Assembly (NCBI GenBank): GCA_965369865.1
Contig: CBDURU010000033.1
Location: 1 to 30,265, forward strand
Length of the DNA: 30,265 bases
Direction of reading: 5' to 3'
Origin: an uncultured bacterium
GTDB taxonomy: Bacteria > JAJVIF01 > JAPKYR01
In this document: piece after piece, positions 28,531-30,265 of the stretch
How positions within the stretch are numbered: the first letter of the stretch is position 1
Layout of the letters: every line of letters begins with the position of its first letter
Position numbers and translations under genes: made by a program
The notes under the pieces: model-generated
The model's database searches: none
The model's input: the letters and a program-made list of their open reading frames with translations, nothing else
What the model was told of the DNA's origin: nothing

Positions 28531-29574
28531 TTATTCGTCAGTCTCCGGAATCTCGTGCGGGTATAACATCACCTTCAATGATTCTCCCGCTGCTGCCGTT
28601 AACTGGAATCCATCCTGGATTTTTTCAAGTGGAAATCGATGAGTAATCATTTTACCCACATCGATCCGGCCCGATTTTATCAACTCGAAGCCCCGATGCG
28701 AATCAACCGGACCACCCGAGTACGATGTAATCACCGAAATCTCGCCGGCCAGGAATTCTCCGAGCGGGATATCCATTGTCTGGTCGGGCGCACCAAGGCC
28801 GAATACCAGTATTGTACCGCCCTTTTCGACCGTATCCATCGCCTGCCGGACCGCGGACGGCGCCATCGCGTTGAGAATTACAATATCCGCACCCCAGCCG
28901 TCGTTCATTTCACGGAACAGCCTTGGGACATCCGCGGACGCATCGAAGACCGAATCCGCGCCGAACTCGAGGCCCTTCTTCTTTCGGAACTGGTGAACGT
29001 CGGTCGCGACCACAAGGCTTGCCCCCCATATTTTCGCAAGCTTGATATGAATTACACCGGCGATTCCCGACCCAATTATTAATACTTTTTTGCCCGCCGC
29101 CATCCCGGCAAGTCGTTGTCCACGGTATACACATCCCACCGGTTCCGCGAACGCGCCGACCTCGAAAGGCATATCATCGGGAAGTTTCATGGCGCCCAGG
29201 CGTACCTGCAGCGGATGGATTCTCACGTACTCCGAAAATCCACCAGGATAAAAATGGACTTTTTTAAAAGTGTCGCAGGCGGTCTCGTGGCCGTTAATGC
29301 ATCGCGGACATGCCCCGCACGGTACGTGGTGAAAACACGTTATCCGGTCGCCCGGTTTGAAATCCTCGACCCCCTCCCCTGTTTCTTCGATAATCCCGGC
29401 AAGCTCATGTCCGAGAATCACAGGGGCATGTTTGGCGCGATAGAATTCATGGACATCCGACCCGCAAATCCCTGTCGCCATGACCTTGAGAAGCATCTCG
29501 CCATGGCCGATTTCCGGAACGGGGACATCTTCGATACGTATATCATCATTTTTGTAATAGACCGCAGCACGCAT
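28531..29574 (-). CDS. zinc-dependent medium-chain alcohol/polyol dehydrogenase (start 29574)
   Basis: MRAAVYY, GICGSD, LGHE, CGACPRCINGHETAC, GSGIAG, ITHRFPL. Confidence 0.92.
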   Translation of the reverse strand: MRAAVYYKNDDIRIEDVPVPEIGHGEMLLKVMATGICGSDVHEFYRAKHAPVILGHELAGIIEETGEGVEDFKPGDRITCFHHVPCGACPRCINGHETACDTFKKVHFYPGGFSEYVRIHPLQVRLGAMKLPDDMPFEVGAFAEPVGCVYRGQRLAGMAAGKKVLIIGSGIAGVIHIKLAKIWGASLVVATDVHQFRKKKGLEFGADSVFDASADVPRLFREMNDGWGADIVILNAMAPSAVRQAMDTVEKGGTILVFGLGAPDQTMDIPLGEFLAGEISVITSYSGGPVDSHRGFELIKSGRIDVGKMITHRFPLEKIQDGFQLTAAAGESLKVMLYPHEIPETDE

Positions 29575-29584
29575 TGTGACTGTG

Positions 29585-29663
29585 AGTTTAGCGGGTTTAA
29601 GTGCACAGGGCAAGCGTTGATTGCAAAACATTTTTGAAATCGGGAGTAATTCTCCGGTATATT
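29585..29663. promoter_or_regulatory. back-to-back divergent promoters
   Basis: Minus strand TTGCCC-N17-TAAACT-N10-ATG; plus strand TTGAAA-N18-TATATT-N7-GTG. Confidence 0.5.
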
Positions 29664-29670
29664 AGATGGT

Positions 29671-30265
29671 GTGGATGAAACCAGTGAGACAATAAAAAAG
29701 CCGGAGGGTGATCCTCCCCGCGCCGGTATTAAAAATCCCGTCATCAACAAGGGTCCTGTGCTCGTCCTCATCTGCCTGCTTGTTGTGCTGGTTTTTATGT
29801 CCGTCCTGACCTGGTACCGGGACACGAGAGTCCAGGGCTACCACCGGAACATCATCTATGCAACTCACAGCGGTATCGATCTCAAACTCGATCTGATCGA
29901 ACCGAGATTCGGGCACGGCACCGATCGACCCGCTCCCGTGCTGCTCGACATTCATGGCGGTGGATGGTCGGAGGGCGACAAATCGGAGGAGCTCGAATTA
30001 CTAAAATCGTTTTCGGAAATCGGCTGGCTATCGATCGCGATCAATTACCGGCTGGCGCCGGATCATATTTTTCCCGCCCAGCTCGATGACTGTCGCGCGG
30101 CGTTGAAATGGACAATGGAACATGCGGGTGAGTACGGCGGCGATCCGGATCGTATCGTGCTGTGGGGAACTTCGGCAGGAGGGCACCTTTCGCTTCTGAT
30201 CGCTGCTACTTTAAATATGGACCCGGATGAAATTCCCGCCGGTGAGAACAGCACCGATTTGGATA
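29671..30265 (+). CDS. membrane-anchored alpha/beta hydrolase, HSL (family IV) esterase; runs off the window end and is absent from the ORF track
   Basis: Manual translation from GTG 29671: TM segment, LKLDLIEP, PVLLDIHGGGW..GDK, INYRLAP...FPAQLDD, DPDRIVLWGTSAGGHL. Confidence 0.92.
   Translation, partial: MDETSETIKKPEGDPPRAGIKNPVINKGPVLVLICLLVVLVFMSVLTWYRDTRVQGYHRNIIYATHSGIDLKLDLIEPRFGHGTDRPAPVLLDIHGGGWSEGDKSEELELLKSFSEIGWLSIAINYRLAPDHIFPAQLDDCRAALKWTMEHAGEYGGDPDRIVLWGTSAGGHLSLLIAATLNMDPDEIPAGENSTDLD

Noticed and set aside
1156..30254. Numerous 60-170 aa ORFs overlapping or antisense to the called genes
   Set aside because: Shadow ORFs with no motifs, lying within well-supported coding regions.
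1..30265. CRISPR array, tRNA/rRNA genes, integrase or transposase
   Set aside because: No regularly spaced repeats, cloverleaf or rRNA motifs, or recombinase/transposase ORFs were seen.

Overview
A 30-kb bacterial chromosomal window of mid-range GC with AT-richer accessory patches. The taxon cannot be identified from the sequence; the many orphan-looking lipoproteins suggest a poorly characterised lineage. The left half is dominated by cell-envelope genes: two GT2 glycosyltransferases, two YfhO-like GT-C membrane proteins, a lone prepilin-type gene, membrane proteins and large lipoproteins. The right half carries hrcA-rsmE, an AT-rich ABC-type ATPase + DUF4276/TOPRIM-like pair, lsrF with a Zn-dependent dehydrogenase, and a truncated HSL-family esterase missing from the ORF track. 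The best candidate for an undescribed system is a three-gene cassette at 18947-21760. It comprises a TPR protein, a small secreted pro-peptide with a perfectly duplicated DDPPWDPGDE core whose two copies differ only at synonymous sites, and a translationally coupled protein with a possible sigma-70 region-4-like C-terminus. This layout resembles RRNPP/arbitrium peptide signalling. Other observations are a probable ATC start codon for rsmE, an unannotated HExxH metalloprotease pseudogene, REP/REPIN-like palindromes and several leaderless-type promoters. All family calls come from motif recognition by eye; no searches were run.
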